The translations under genes were made by a program, and so were the position numbers. This document shows positions 9,118 to 18,262 of a stretch of DNA of 64,000 nt, in pieces. Positions within the stretch are counted from its first letter, which is position 1; every line of letters begins with the position of its first letter. The DNA is from Clostridiales bacterium (GTDB lineage Bacteria > Bacillota > Clostridia > Christensenellales > CAG-138): the NCBI GenBank assembly GCA_004557245.1, contig SFEL01000002.1:92102-156101 (forward strand), written 5' to 3'. A model generated the notes under the pieces. That model saw only the letters and a list, made by a program, of their open reading frames with translations, searched no databases and was not told the DNA's origin.

Positions 9118-9143
9118 TTTAATAACCCTGGGCTTTATCTTTT

Positions 9144-10577
9144 TTAGCCCGCATAAGCCAGCTCTTCGAACCACTCGCTTTCGGGTACGCCGTCTATCTT
9201 CCATGTGAGATAGTCGTACTCATCTTCGAAGGCTTGGATGGTTATCTTTGAGGTGGTGCCGTCCTCCGCCATGAGATCCGCGTAACTTTGCATATCGGTG
9301 CCCATTATGAGGAATTTTTCGCCCTTCTTGCCCTCGGCGGTGCTGCCGTCGCCCATGGTGAGCTTGAGGCCGTCGCGGCTGAGCTTGAGGGCGGAATAGT
9401 CCCACGCCTCGGAGAAGTTCTGGTATACTACGGTGTAATCGCTGCTGCGCACGAAGGCAAAGTCGTCGCCGGAATCGCCGGTGGAGAGCATAAAGTCGCA
9501 GGTAGCACCGTGAGTACCCAAAATGTCTATGGTAGTCTCTACGCTTACGCCGCCGTTGCCGTAAACGCACTGCACTGTGCCGGTGATGAACGCCTTCTTT
9601 ACATTGCCGTTATGCACGCGGTATACGAAGGTGACGTAATCGTCGGAGGCCGCGTCGCCGGTGACGTAAAGCTCAGTGTAGCCATCGCCAACGACGGTAT
9701 CGCCCACGTGTATGCAGCTTTCGTCAAGGCCGAGGAACCCCAGTTCGTCGGCGCTTTCCTTGCCGTTTATATTGAATTTTACGGTCACATTGTCGTCCTT
9801 ATCCTGAACCACGGTGAATTTGACGGAATCGGCCTTGCCGTCGGAGGAGAGGGAGTCCTCGCTGTTAAGCTTTACGTCCTTCCACTGGTATATACCCAGC
9901 TCGTTTTCGTTTACGGCTGCTGTTACGCAGTACTTGAACTGGCCGGCAGTATCGCACTTTTCAAGGGTGAATACCATTCCGCCCAAGCGCTCGCCGCTGC
10001 CTAAATAAAGCCCGGTGCTTACCTTTACGGCGCTGCCGTCAGGTGTGATGCTATCTATCCTGGCTATTGTATCGCCCATATCGGAGGGGGCGAGTTTGTA
10101 AGCCTCTGCGGAATCGGTGAAGGTCACGGACTCGGCGAAGGAAGCGGCTATCTGGGGAATACTGCGGTCGCCGCCAAAGGCAGCGGCAGCGTAATCTTCC
10201 ATTGTGGAAGCGGGCACTGTCACATATCCCTGCTCGTCGGTGGTGACGGTGGGCTCGGCAGTTTCCGGCTCTATGCTCATGCCCCAGTTCACGCCGGTAA
10301 GGTACAGCACAGACCATATGAGGTCATAGCTCTTGGCGTCGTATTTGGTGTCGCTGTCTATGCCTATGGAGCGCACTATGGAGTCCATTATGGGCAGCAT
10401 GGCGTTTATATTCCTGCCCTCTTCCTCGGATATGAACTCGCCGGTGTCATCTGCTTCGGGGGACGCAGTCTGGCCGCCCTCGGTACCGGGAGTTACGGGA
10501 TCTATGGCGGACTCCTTGGGCGCGCAGGCCGCAGCACACAGCATTACGGCAATTATTACAGCTAAAAGCTTTTTCAT
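9144..10577 (-). CDS. hypothetical lipoprotein
   Basis: Start moved to ATG 10577 (RBS AAGGAGGA). MKKLLAVIIAVMLCAAACAPKE is a signal peptide plus lipobox Cys. The rest is acidic and Ser/Thr/Gly-rich with no motif I recognise. Confidence 0.65.
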   Translation of the reverse strand: MKKLLAVIIAVMLCAAACAPKESAIDPVTPGTEGGQTASPEADDTGEFISEEEGRNINAMLPIMDSIVRSIGIDSDTKYDAKSYDLIWSVLYLTGVNWGMSIEPETAEPTVTTDEQGYVTVPASTMEDYAAAAFGGDRSIPQIAASFAESVTFTDSAEAYKLAPSDMGDTIARIDSITPDGSAVKVSTGLYLGSGERLGGMVFTLEKCDTAGQFKYCVTAAVNENELGIYQWKDVKLNSEDSLSSDGKADSVKFTVVQDKDDNVTVKFNINGKESADELGFLGLDESCIHVGDTVVGDGYTELYVTGDAASDDYVTFVYRVHNGNVKKAFITGTVQCVYGNGGVSVETTIDILGTHGATCDFMLSTGDSGDDFAFVRSSDYTVVYQNFSEAWDYSALKLSRDGLKLTMGDGSTAEGKKGEKFLIMGTDMQSYADLMAEDGTTSKITIQAFEDEYDYLTWKIDGVPESEWFEELAYAG

Positions 10578-10667
10578 TATTTCCTCCTTAACAAAAACAA
10601 AAGATGAAGGGGACGCCTTCATCCTGCATTATAACACCCAAAACAGCGGCAGTGTTTTAATAATCCG

Positions 10668-12035
10668 TTAAGAGTTGGGCAGCTTGTCCATTGCCCTTTT
10701 GAACTGTATTGAAAACAGTATGGCGGTGAAGGTAACGGCAATAAAATCCGCAGCAGGTTCCGCCAAATATACCGCCATGGCCTTATCCGCCGGGAACAGG
10801 GCGGGCATGAGGTATATAAGGGGCAGGAGCAGCACGAATTTGCGCACCACCGCAACAGCTATTGAGGACTTTGCGCTGCCTATGGCGGTAAAGGTCATCT
10901 GGCATGCTATCTGTATGCCGAACATTAACATTACCGCGAAGTAACGCCGCATAGCCGACTGAGTAAATGCCGCAAGCTCTGCATTGGTAGTGAAAAGGCT
11001 TGTGAATACCTGGGGCAGCAGCATTATTATGAGCCACAGGGCCGTGGCGTATATAAGGCTGGATTTAAGCAGCAGCCTGAATGCCCCTCGAACTCGCTTG
11101 GCGTCCTTTGCGCCGTAATTGTAGCTCACTATGGGCTGTGCGCCCTGGCCCAGGCCCTGAAGGGGCAGCATGGCGAACATATTGATGCTGGAGAGTATAG
11201 TCATGGCTCCCACAGCTATGTCGCCGCCGTATTTAAGCAGCGACGTATTAAAGCTTACGGATATTATGCTTTCGCTGGATTGCATTATGAACGCCGCAAG
11301 ACCCAGCGCAAGGCAGGGAAGTATTACCTTCGCTTTGAGATGCATGTTTTCTTTTTTAAGCTTGAGTATGGTTTTTTCGCTGCTGAGGAAGAAGAGCACC
11401 CATACGCAGGATATACACTGGGAAATAATGGTGGCGAGAGCGGCGCCCCGTACCCCCATATCAAAGCCGAATATGAAAACCGGATCCAGAATTATATTGG
11501 ATACCGCGCCTATAAGTACGGTGTACATGCTGGTCTTGGAGAAGCCCTGAGCGGTTATGAAGGCGTTCATGCCAAGGGTAAGCTGCACGAATATAGTGCC
11601 TGTGGCGTATATGTCCATGTACCCTACGGCGAATTCTATGGTGTCAGGGCTTGCACCAAAGGCGAGAAGCAGGTCCCGGTCCCATATCAAAAGCACCGAG
11701 GTGAGTATAGCTGATATTATTATCTGCAATACAAAGCAGTTGCCAAGTATATACTCTGCGGCGCTGTTGTCGCCGCGGCCCATGGCGATGGATGCCCGGG
11801 GAGCGCCGCCCATGGATACGAGGGCCGCGAAGGCGGATACTACCATTATGATGGGCATGCACACGCCCAGACCGGTCAGCGCGAGAGAGCCGCCCTCCGG
11901 CATGTGGCCTATATATATCCTGTCTACCATATTGTAGAGCATGTTGATTATTTGGGCTACTACGGAGGGTACCGCAAGTTTAAAAAGCAGCTTGCCCAGA
12001 GGCTCCGTGCCGAGGTATTGATTGTTCTTTTCCAT
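10668..12035 (-). CDS. MATE family efflux transporter
   Basis: 455 aa with 12 TM-like segments. N-terminus KLLFKLAVPSVVAQIINMLYNMVDRIYIGH is typical of MATE/NorM. Confidence 0.85.
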   Translation of the reverse strand: MEKNNQYLGTEPLGKLLFKLAVPSVVAQIINMLYNMVDRIYIGHMPEGGSLALTGLGVCMPIIMVVSAFAALVSMGGAPRASIAMGRGDNSAAEYILGNCFVLQIIISAILTSVLLIWDRDLLLAFGASPDTIEFAVGYMDIYATGTIFVQLTLGMNAFITAQGFSKTSMYTVLIGAVSNIILDPVFIFGFDMGVRGAALATIISQCISCVWVLFFLSSEKTILKLKKENMHLKAKVILPCLALGLAAFIMQSSESIISVSFNTSLLKYGGDIAVGAMTILSSINMFAMLPLQGLGQGAQPIVSYNYGAKDAKRVRGAFRLLLKSSLIYATALWLIIMLLPQVFTSLFTTNAELAAFTQSAMRRYFAVMLMFGIQIACQMTFTAIGSAKSSIAVAVVRKFVLLLPLIYLMPALFPADKAMAVYLAEPAADFIAVTFTAILFSIQFKRAMDKLPNS

Positions 12036-12070
12036 AGTTCAGTTCTCTTTTCTCTTTAAATACACAAATA

Positions 12071-12098
12071 ATTATATTCCCAAGTCTGCCGCTGTCAA
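12071..12098 (-). promoter_or_regulatory. near-consensus sigmaA promoter of the MATE gene (-35 TTGACA, 16 nt, -10 TATAAT)
   Basis: Minus-strand read: TTGACA (12093-12098), GCGGCAGACTTGGGAA, TATAAT (12071-12076), about 35 nt upstream of ATG 12035. Confidence 0.55.
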
Positions 12099-12273
12099 AT
12101 AAAGTTCCAATTTGGGAGCATCAAAAAAGCCCGGAATGCGGCGTTTTTTTATAAAGTGGACAGAACTGAGCCACATATCTTTCACAATTAATGATTTGTT
12201 AATTTGATTTAAAGCGGATTACGTATTACAATGCAGTATAAGCCATATATGGCATAATGAGGAGTAGAATGCG

Positions 12274-13053
12274 ATGGAAAGCAAATCCACCGAGAAAAAG
12301 ACGGCTGAGCAGAAGCCTATAATAGATCTGCGCAACGTTACCAAGGTCTACCGGGTGGGAAGCGTCGACGTCCATGCCCTGAGGGGAATAGACCTGCAGA
12401 TAATGCCCGGAGAATTCTGCTGCATAATCGGCAGGAGCGGCAGCGGCAAATCCACCCTTCTGAACATGCTGGCCGGCCTCGAGCCTGTGACCGGAGGCGA
12501 GGTAGTCATAAACGGCAAGCACCTTGAACGGATGAACCAGTCCGAGCTTATACTTTTCCGGCAGAAGTACGTGGGGTTCATATTCCAGTCCTTCAACCTC
12601 ATGCCTTACTACACGGCCCTTGAAAACGTGGCGTTTCCGCTGTCGTTTCGGGGGGTGCCCTACGATAAGCGCATGAAGATGGCAAAGAAGGCGCTGAAAG
12701 ACGTTGGCCTTGAAAGCCACATGAACCACATGCCGGGGCAGATGTCCGGCGGACAGCAGCAGCGGGTAGGCATAGCAAGGGCGCTGGTTACAGACCCGGA
12801 CATAATATTCGCCGATGAGCCTACCGGCAACCTTGACTCCAAAACGTCGGACGACGTGATGCGCAGCATGTGTGATACGGTAAAGAGCCACGGCAAGACC
12901 TTCATAATGGTCACCCACGACCCAAATATGGCGGCATATGCGGACAAGGTAATAAACATACTTGACGGCCGCATAACGGATATATACTTCAATCGCCACG
13001 AAACCGTAGGCGACAAGGCCGAGATCAGGGAAGAAATAAAGAAGGAAGCTTAA
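12274..13053 (+). CDS. ABC transporter ATP-binding protein (MacB/LolD/FtsE-like)
   Basis: Walker A GRSGSGKST, Q-loop, signature MSGGQQQRVGIARAL, Walker B IIFADEPTGNLD. Confidence 0.9.
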   Translation: MESKSTEKKTAEQKPIIDLRNVTKVYRVGSVDVHALRGIDLQIMPGEFCCIIGRSGSGKSTLLNMLAGLEPVTGGEVVINGKHLERMNQSELILFRQKYVGFIFQSFNLMPYYTALENVAFPLSFRGVPYDKRMKMAKKALKDVGLESHMNHMPGQMSGGQQQRVGIARALVTDPDIIFADEPTGNLDSKTSDDVMRSMCDTVKSHGKTFIMVTHDPNMAAYADKVINILDGRITDIYFNRHETVGDKAEIREEIKKEA

Positions 13054-13067
13054 CACGGAGGAAAACA

Positions 13068-14882
13068 ATGAAGCGCGTTATTACTATAATACTTGCCATG
13101 GCTATGGCGCTGTCGATATGCTCGGTTGCGTATGCAGAAAACGAGATCACCATTAAGCAGGACAATAGGAGCTTTAAGGAAGTTGACGGGACCGTAAATG
13201 TTTCGGTCTCTGTCACCAATAACACACCTAACAACGCATATTTAAGGGTCATTCAGCCAGCCGACAACAATGCAGATAATGCTGTGCTGAGTGCCAGCTT
13301 TACTCCTGATACTGATACGCACTATGTAAAAATACCGACCGGCGAGACTCCTGTTCAATTTACCGTAAAGGTTGATTCGAGCACATCGGAAACCTGCCGC
13401 GTCATGCTTCTGTTCAACTATTACGATGGGACAGACGGCAAAAGTCAGGTGGCTTCTTGCCAGTACGACTTTACTATAGAACGTACTTCTCCCACCGGCG
13501 GCAATACCGGCGAAGGGGGCAGCGCGGGTGAAAATCCAGATAATGCCCAGACAGAGGAACCAAAAAAGGAGGACAGCGAGTTCCGTATCCGCACATCAAG
13601 CGTTGACAGCAACGGCGTGTGCGTGCTTACGCCTTCAGGGGATTACGGCGACCAGCTGGAGGTGCGGCTGCCCCTTACCTGCACCAACGGCTATGTGTAT
13701 GACCTCAAGGTAACGCCGGTACTCAGCAACGACATAGAGAAGTTCCCCTTCGATATAGATCTGGTAGACTATACCCTTTCATACCCCGGCTCCATAGGCA
13801 GGGGGCAGGTGGTGGAGTTCCTGTATCATCTGCGCCTGAGCAAGAAGGCTACCGTGGGCGTAAAGCAGGTGGACTTCAACGTCACCTACCGCAATGACGA
13901 GGGCGATCTCAAGAGCGGCACGGTGAGCCTTTTCGTGAACGTCCGCAAGGGTCTGTCGCCCACAAGCGACAAGGATACCACAGCCTCGGTACCGAAGCTT
14001 ATAATCGAAAGCTACAAGCTCAGCTCGGACAAGATTTACGCGGGTGAGACTTTCGATCTGGAGTTCAACGTAAAGAATACCTCCGACAATACCAATCTCC
14101 AAAACGTGCAGATACACATAAAGGACGCGGGCGAGACGGCGACCATAGTTCCCGCCAGCGGCGGCAGCAATACGCTGTATATATCCAAAATAGGCAAGGG
14201 CCAAAGCAGCAGCCAGAAGGTATCCCTTCAGACCGCACCCGACGCGGCGGCAAAGGCATATACCCTCAATGTGGATTTCAGCTATGAATCCGCCACCACC
14301 AATGCGGCCCATACCGCCAACGAGACTATAGCCGTGCCTATACTGCAAAAGATCAGGCTGAAGTGCGACGAGCCTACGGTATATGACGATGTGTCCTATC
14401 TGGATTCCAGTACCAGCATGTCCATCAAAATGTACAACATGGGCCGCTCCAGCGTTTATAACTGTATCGTCGACGTGGAGGGGAATGGCCTCAAGCTTGA
14501 AGAGAGCTACTTCGGCGGCACCCTCAGCGCCGGCTCCACCCTTGCGGCAGATATATCAGTAATACCGTCTGAGGCAGGGGATATACAGGGCACCGTAGTA
14601 ATATCCTACGAGGATGTATACGGCGAGCCCGGCGAGGAGCGGCTTCCCTTTACGCTCCATGTTGAGGACCCCAATGCCGGTATGGAAAACATGGAAGGCA
14701 TGGAGGGCATGGGAGGCGAAGGCATGGAAGGCGGCATGACAGACCCCGGCATGGAGGGCGGCTCCAAGGGCTTCCCCTGGTGGGGCTGGGTTATAGGCGC
14801 GGGCGCGTTGGGCGGAGGCGGCTTTTTCGGCTTCAAGAAGCTCAAAAAGCGCAGGGCGCGCAGCCTGGAGGACGAAATTTAA
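13068..14882 (+). CDS. exported, C-terminally membrane-anchored protein with about four Ig-like/CARDB-like (COG1361-type) repeats
   Basis: Signal peptide MKRVITIILAMAMALSICSVAYA. Repeated beta-rich modules (for example IYAGETFDLEFNVKNTSDNTNLQNVQIHI, MSIKMYNMGRSSVYNCIVDV). Met/Glu/Gly linker, then TM FPWWGWVIGAGALGGGGFFGF followed by KKLKKRRAR. The gene is wedged between the ABC ATPase and FtsX permease genes. Confidence 0.55.
   Translation: MKRVITIILAMAMALSICSVAYAENEITIKQDNRSFKEVDGTVNVSVSVTNNTPNNAYLRVIQPADNNADNAVLSASFTPDTDTHYVKIPTGETPVQFTVKVDSSTSETCRVMLLFNYYDGTDGKSQVASCQYDFTIERTSPTGGNTGEGGSAGENPDNAQTEEPKKEDSEFRIRTSSVDSNGVCVLTPSGDYGDQLEVRLPLTCTNGYVYDLKVTPVLSNDIEKFPFDIDLVDYTLSYPGSIGRGQVVEFLYHLRLSKKATVGVKQVDFNVTYRNDEGDLKSGTVSLFVNVRKGLSPTSDKDTTASVPKLIIESYKLSSDKIYAGETFDLEFNVKNTSDNTNLQNVQIHIKDAGETATIVPASGGSNTLYISKIGKGQSSSQKVSLQTAPDAAAKAYTLNVDFSYESATTNAAHTANETIAVPILQKIRLKCDEPTVYDDVSYLDSSTSMSIKMYNMGRSSVYNCIVDVEGNGLKLEESYFGGTLSAGSTLAADISVIPSEAGDIQGTVVISYEDVYGEPGEERLPFTLHVEDPNAGMENMEGMEGMGGEGMEGGMTDPGMEGGSKGFPWWGWVIGAGALGGGGFFGFKKLKKRRARSLEDEI
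14679..14762 (+). repeat. imperfect 9-nt tandem repeat (GGCATGGAG-like) encoding (M-E-G)n low-complexity linker
   Basis: Translation is GMENMEGMEGMGGEGMEGGMTDPGMEGG. The nucleotide periodicity is visible by eye. Confidence 0.7.
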
Positions 14883-16187
14883 ATGCGCTTCACTGATATT
14901 TTAAGGACCGCCTTCATGAACCTGTGGCGGAGAAAGCTTAGGGCCGTGCTCACTGTGCTGGGCATGGTCATCGGTGTTTCCTCTATAGTCGTCATGATGA
15001 GCCTTGGCATAGGCATAAAAAAATCCACAATGGAGAGCTATGCCAGCATGGGCAGCCTTACAAATATTACCGTCAGCCGCTGGAGCTATAAGGAAACCGC
15101 CACGGGCGGCACCAGCACCGAGAAAAAGCTGGACAAAAAAGCGGTCGAGACCATCAGGAAGATACCCGGCGTAAAGTCTGTCATGCCGCAGATACAGACC
15201 TACGGCATACTGAAGAGCGGCAAGTGGATATCCGATTGCAGCATAATGGCCATAGACAGCTCCGTAGCGGAGGAGTTCGGTATAGAGCTTTCGGAGGGCC
15301 GCTACCCCAAGTACAAGCGAGGCAGCTCCAGCTATGAGATAGTGCTGAGCCAGGACGTGCTCAACTGGTTTTACGACCCCAATACCGGCAAGCAGGCGGT
15401 AGATCGCGATGGCAACCCCAAGGTCACAATGGAGTCTAAGTTCCAGATTACCTTCGACTATAACAACATTTACAACAACAATCCGGGCGGCATGGGGGAT
15501 GAGGAGAACCAGCAGTCCGCCGGCAGAACCTATCGTATAGACCCGGTAGGTGTGGTATCTCCCAACAACAACGAATTTTCATGGTACTGCCTTATGGATA
15601 TAGAGGCGGTGCAGAAGCTCGCCAAGGAAAACAGCGACTACATGCAGCTTGACACCAAGAATTACAACCGTGTCATGGTAAAATGCGAGAACACGGATGT
15701 CGTCTCCGAGGTAAAGGCCGCCATAGACGATATGGGGTACGGTACCAGTTCCCTTCAGGACGCACTTGAGCAGGCTGAAAAGCAGATGCAGCAGATACAG
15801 TACCTGCTGGGCGCCATAGGCGGCGTATCGCTGCTGGTCGCAGCCATAGGCATAATGAACACCATGATGATGAGCATATACGAGCGCACCAAGGAGATAG
15901 GCATAATAAAGGTGCTGGGCTGTCGTATGGACAACATAGCGGAGCTGTTTCTCACCGAGGCTGCCTATATAGGCTTCTTCGGCGGCGCTGCGGGCCTGGG
16001 CATAAGCTATGGCCTTTCCGCAGTGATAAATCACTTTGTGGGCGGGAGCGGATTCAAGAGCATAATACCCTTTTATCTTGCGGTAGGCGCAGTGCTCTTC
16101 TCTGTGACTGTGGCGATGCTCTCCGGCCTTTATCCGGCCATCAGGGCAATGCGACTGAGCCCACTCAATGCAATAAGAAACGAGTAA
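14883..16187 (+). CDS. ABC transporter permease, FtsX/MacB type
   Basis: 434 aa. One N-terminal TM, a large extracytoplasmic domain and a C-terminal FtsX 3-TM bundle (IGIIKVLGCRMDNIAELFLTEA). The start abuts the upstream stop (TAAATG). Confidence 0.85.
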   Translation: MRFTDILRTAFMNLWRRKLRAVLTVLGMVIGVSSIVVMMSLGIGIKKSTMESYASMGSLTNITVSRWSYKETATGGTSTEKKLDKKAVETIRKIPGVKSVMPQIQTYGILKSGKWISDCSIMAIDSSVAEEFGIELSEGRYPKYKRGSSSYEIVLSQDVLNWFYDPNTGKQAVDRDGNPKVTMESKFQITFDYNNIYNNNPGGMGDEENQQSAGRTYRIDPVGVVSPNNNEFSWYCLMDIEAVQKLAKENSDYMQLDTKNYNRVMVKCENTDVVSEVKAAIDDMGYGTSSLQDALEQAEKQMQQIQYLLGAIGGVSLLVAAIGIMNTMMMSIYERTKEIGIIKVLGCRMDNIAELFLTEAAYIGFFGGAAGLGISYGLSAVINHFVGGSGFKSIIPFYLAVGAVLFSVTVAMLSGLYPAIRAMRLSPLNAIRNE

Positions 16188-16199
16188 AGGAGGAATCTT

Positions 16200-16598
16200 A
16201 TGAAAAGCGTAAAGCCGGGCAGAGGGCCTTCCGGGATGAATTTTATTGGCTCTGTAATCGCAATAGTATTCGGCATATTCTGGACGATCATGGCGGCACG
16301 TATGGGCGCGCCGGCGTTTTTCCCCATATTCGGCGTAATTTTCATAATAATGGGCATAGTGCAGGCTGCCTACAACTACAGGAACGCCACCGGTAAAAAC
16401 CGCTACTCTTCCTTCGACATAACCGATGAAGGAGAGGAGCCTGACCCGCTCGAGCAGCGCTTTGGCGGTACCGAATGCCGTGATGATACTGCGCAAAAGA
16501 GCAGCTTTACCGCCGCCTCCTTCTGCCCCTACTGCGGCAAGGGTGTGGACGGTGACTTTGAGTACTGCCCAAAGTGCGGCAAGAGACTGCCGCGGTAA
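16200..16598 (+). CDS. small membrane protein with C-terminal zinc-ribbon
   Basis: Two TM segments, then FCPYCGKGVDGDFEYCPKCGKRL (CxxC-N10-CxxC). RBS AAGGAGGA, 12 nt after the permease gene. Confidence 0.6.
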   Translation: MKSVKPGRGPSGMNFIGSVIAIVFGIFWTIMAARMGAPAFFPIFGVIFIIMGIVQAAYNYRNATGKNRYSSFDITDEGEEPDPLEQRFGGTECRDDTAQKSSFTAASFCPYCGKGVDGDFEYCPKCGKRLPR

Positions 16599-16622
16599 CA
16601 GCGCGGGCAATTTACAGATAAG

Positions 16623-16659
16623 AATAACCATCCCACCGCATAGCGGTGGGATGGTTATT
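16623..16659. terminator. bidirectional terminator, perfect 17-bp stem
   Basis: AATAACCATCCCACCGC-ATA-GCGGTGGGATGGTTATT between convergent genes. Confidence 0.8.
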
Positions 16660-17328
16660 TTACTTACAGTGTTCTCGTATGGCTCGGTCAATGAAGCTTC
16701 CGGTACCCTCGCCGCCGGCAAGGTCTATATTATCGTTTATTTCCCCGCCGCCGGAATACATGCTGCCGAGGCAGCAAAGTATCTGGTCGGAGCACTTATA
16801 AAAGTGCTCGTTTATATAGCCCTGAAGCTTATTTACGAGCTGCTGCGCCGCATCTCCTGCAGGATCGGTATCCTTTATTGCGCCGAACTCCGCCATTATA
16901 TCCATGAGCCCCTGATTTAGCTCGTCCCGTTCCGCGCTGCTCCTGTCCTTATCCTTCTCCTGAAACTCCTTGTACTCTCTGGTATTGCCGTAGGCTTCCT
17001 TTGTTTTTCTTGCGTACTCGTCTATCTTGGACGTATCGAATGCCTTAAAACTCAAATTTCTCACTCCTGTCGCTTTTATTCCACGGGCGAAGTTGATCAG
17101 GTTGTCAAGATGCTCCCGCTTCAGCTCAAGCAGCTTTATCTCCTCCAGGGGAAATTCCAGCTCGCGGAAAAGCAATATAGCCTGAAGCCGCTCCAGCGCC
17201 GTATCGTCATACAGCCTGTACCCGGCCCCCGTCACCTCGGTGGGCTTCAGCAGCCCTATGGTGTCGTAATAATGCAGCGTGCGCACGCTCACACCGGCCA
17301 ATTTGCTTACTTCCTTTACCGTCTTCAT
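16660..17328 (-). CDS. MerR family transcriptional regulator with TipAS-like C-terminal domain
   Basis: Start moved to ATG 17328 (RBS GGGAGGTG). MKTVKEVSKLAGVSVRTLHYYDTIGLLKP is a MerR HTH. The C-terminus resembles the TipAS antibiotic-recognition domain. Confidence 0.8.
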   Translation of the reverse strand: MKTVKEVSKLAGVSVRTLHYYDTIGLLKPTEVTGAGYRLYDDTALERLQAILLFRELEFPLEEIKLLELKREHLDNLINFARGIKATGVRNLSFKAFDTSKIDEYARKTKEAYGNTREYKEFQEKDKDRSSAERDELNQGLMDIMAEFGAIKDTDPAGDAAQQLVNKLQGYINEHFYKCSDQILCCLGSMYSGGGEINDNIDLAGGEGTGSFIDRAIREHCK

Positions 17329-17438
17329 CTTCTCAACACCTCCCGTGCGAATACAGCATAACGTATTACGCAACGTCAGAGTCAATAGCAAAAAATAAAA
17401 ACCGGGTAAAATTTTTTGCCCGGTTTTTTATCCGTCAA

Positions 17439-18236
17439 TTACAGACCCAGCACTTCCTTATAAGCGTATACCCTGGGTTCCTTGCCCTGAAGAAAAAGTA
17501 TTCCGTCCAGCGCGCCCTTGGCAAAGGTGCCGAAGTCATACGACCTGTGGGTGATCTCTATACGCTCTCCCTCCATGCCGAATAAAAGAGTATGTGTGCT
17601 GGAGATATCCCCTGCCCTTACGGAATGGTATCCGATATGGTCTTTTTTGCGGAGCCCCCTGCCCTTACGTCCGTAATCCGCAACGTCGGCAAGCTTTTCA
17701 CCGCGGACGCCTGCGATGATCTCCCCCAGCTCCTTTGAGGTGCCGCTGGGAGCATCCAGCTTCTTGCTGTCATGCATTTCGATTATCTCGATATCCGATT
17801 CATCGCCTATGGACTCTGTGAGCATGCGCGCTATCTCGTATACCAGATTAACGGCCTTTGACGTGTTGTGGGCGATGAGTATGGGGATAGTCTTGGCGCA
17901 CTCCTCAAGCTCAGCCATCTGCTCCTCCGTAAAGCCGGTAGTGCCCAGCATAAGGGGCTTTCTGTACTTTACACAAGCCCGTGCCACTTCCATGGCGCCC
18001 TCAGTGGTGGAAAAATCAACTACGCCGTCGCTCATGGCGACTACCTTTTCAACGTCGTCATAGGTGTTTGCACCTACGAAGTCTGTTTTTGCGGCAATGC
18101 TCATGTCACAGCCTATGTAGTCCCTGCCCTTGGGGCCTATGCCGCCCACAATCTCAAAATCGCCGGACCGCTTCAGCGCTTCTCTAGTCACAAGCTTGCC
18201 CATTTTTCCCCTCGGCGCACTTATCGCCAGCTTCAT
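17439..18236 (-). CDS. dapB: 4-hydroxy-tetrahydrodipicolinate reductase
   Basis: GTTGFTEEQMAELEE, EIIEMHDSKKLDAPSGTS, HSVRAGDISSTHTLLFG..GERIEITHRS all match DapB blocks. The N-terminal dinucleotide motif is slightly atypical (AISAPRGKMG). Confidence 0.8.
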   Translation of the reverse strand: MKLAISAPRGKMGKLVTREALKRSGDFEIVGGIGPKGRDYIGCDMSIAAKTDFVGANTYDDVEKVVAMSDGVVDFSTTEGAMEVARACVKYRKPLMLGTTGFTEEQMAELEECAKTIPILIAHNTSKAVNLVYEIARMLTESIGDESDIEIIEMHDSKKLDAPSGTSKELGEIIAGVRGEKLADVADYGRKGRGLRKKDHIGYHSVRAGDISSTHTLLFGMEGERIEITHRSYDFGTFAKGALDGILFLQGKEPRVYAYKEVLGL

Positions 18237-18262
18237 AAACTCATACCCTCCGTTTTTATTTT

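Noticed and set aside
12130-12160. A6..T7-flanked sequence AAAAAAGCCCGGAATGCGGCGTTTTTTT as a terminator between divergent genes
   Set aside because: The central stem is only about 3 bp, so it is not a convincing hairpin.
12249-12257. TGGCATAAT extended -10-like element 16 nt before the ABC ATPase ATG
   Set aside because: A transcript starting here would begin inside or after the GAGGAG RBS. An upstream TTGATT-17-TACAAT (12204-12232) is an alternative, but neither is strong enough to list.
12226-13068. 280-aa minus-strand ORF
   Set aside because: It is antisense to the ABC ATPase gene, which has Walker A and B and signature motifs on the plus strand.
15579-16721. 380-aa minus-strand ORF
   Set aside because: It is antisense to the FtsX permease and zinc-ribbon genes, which have strong RBSs and recognisable domains.
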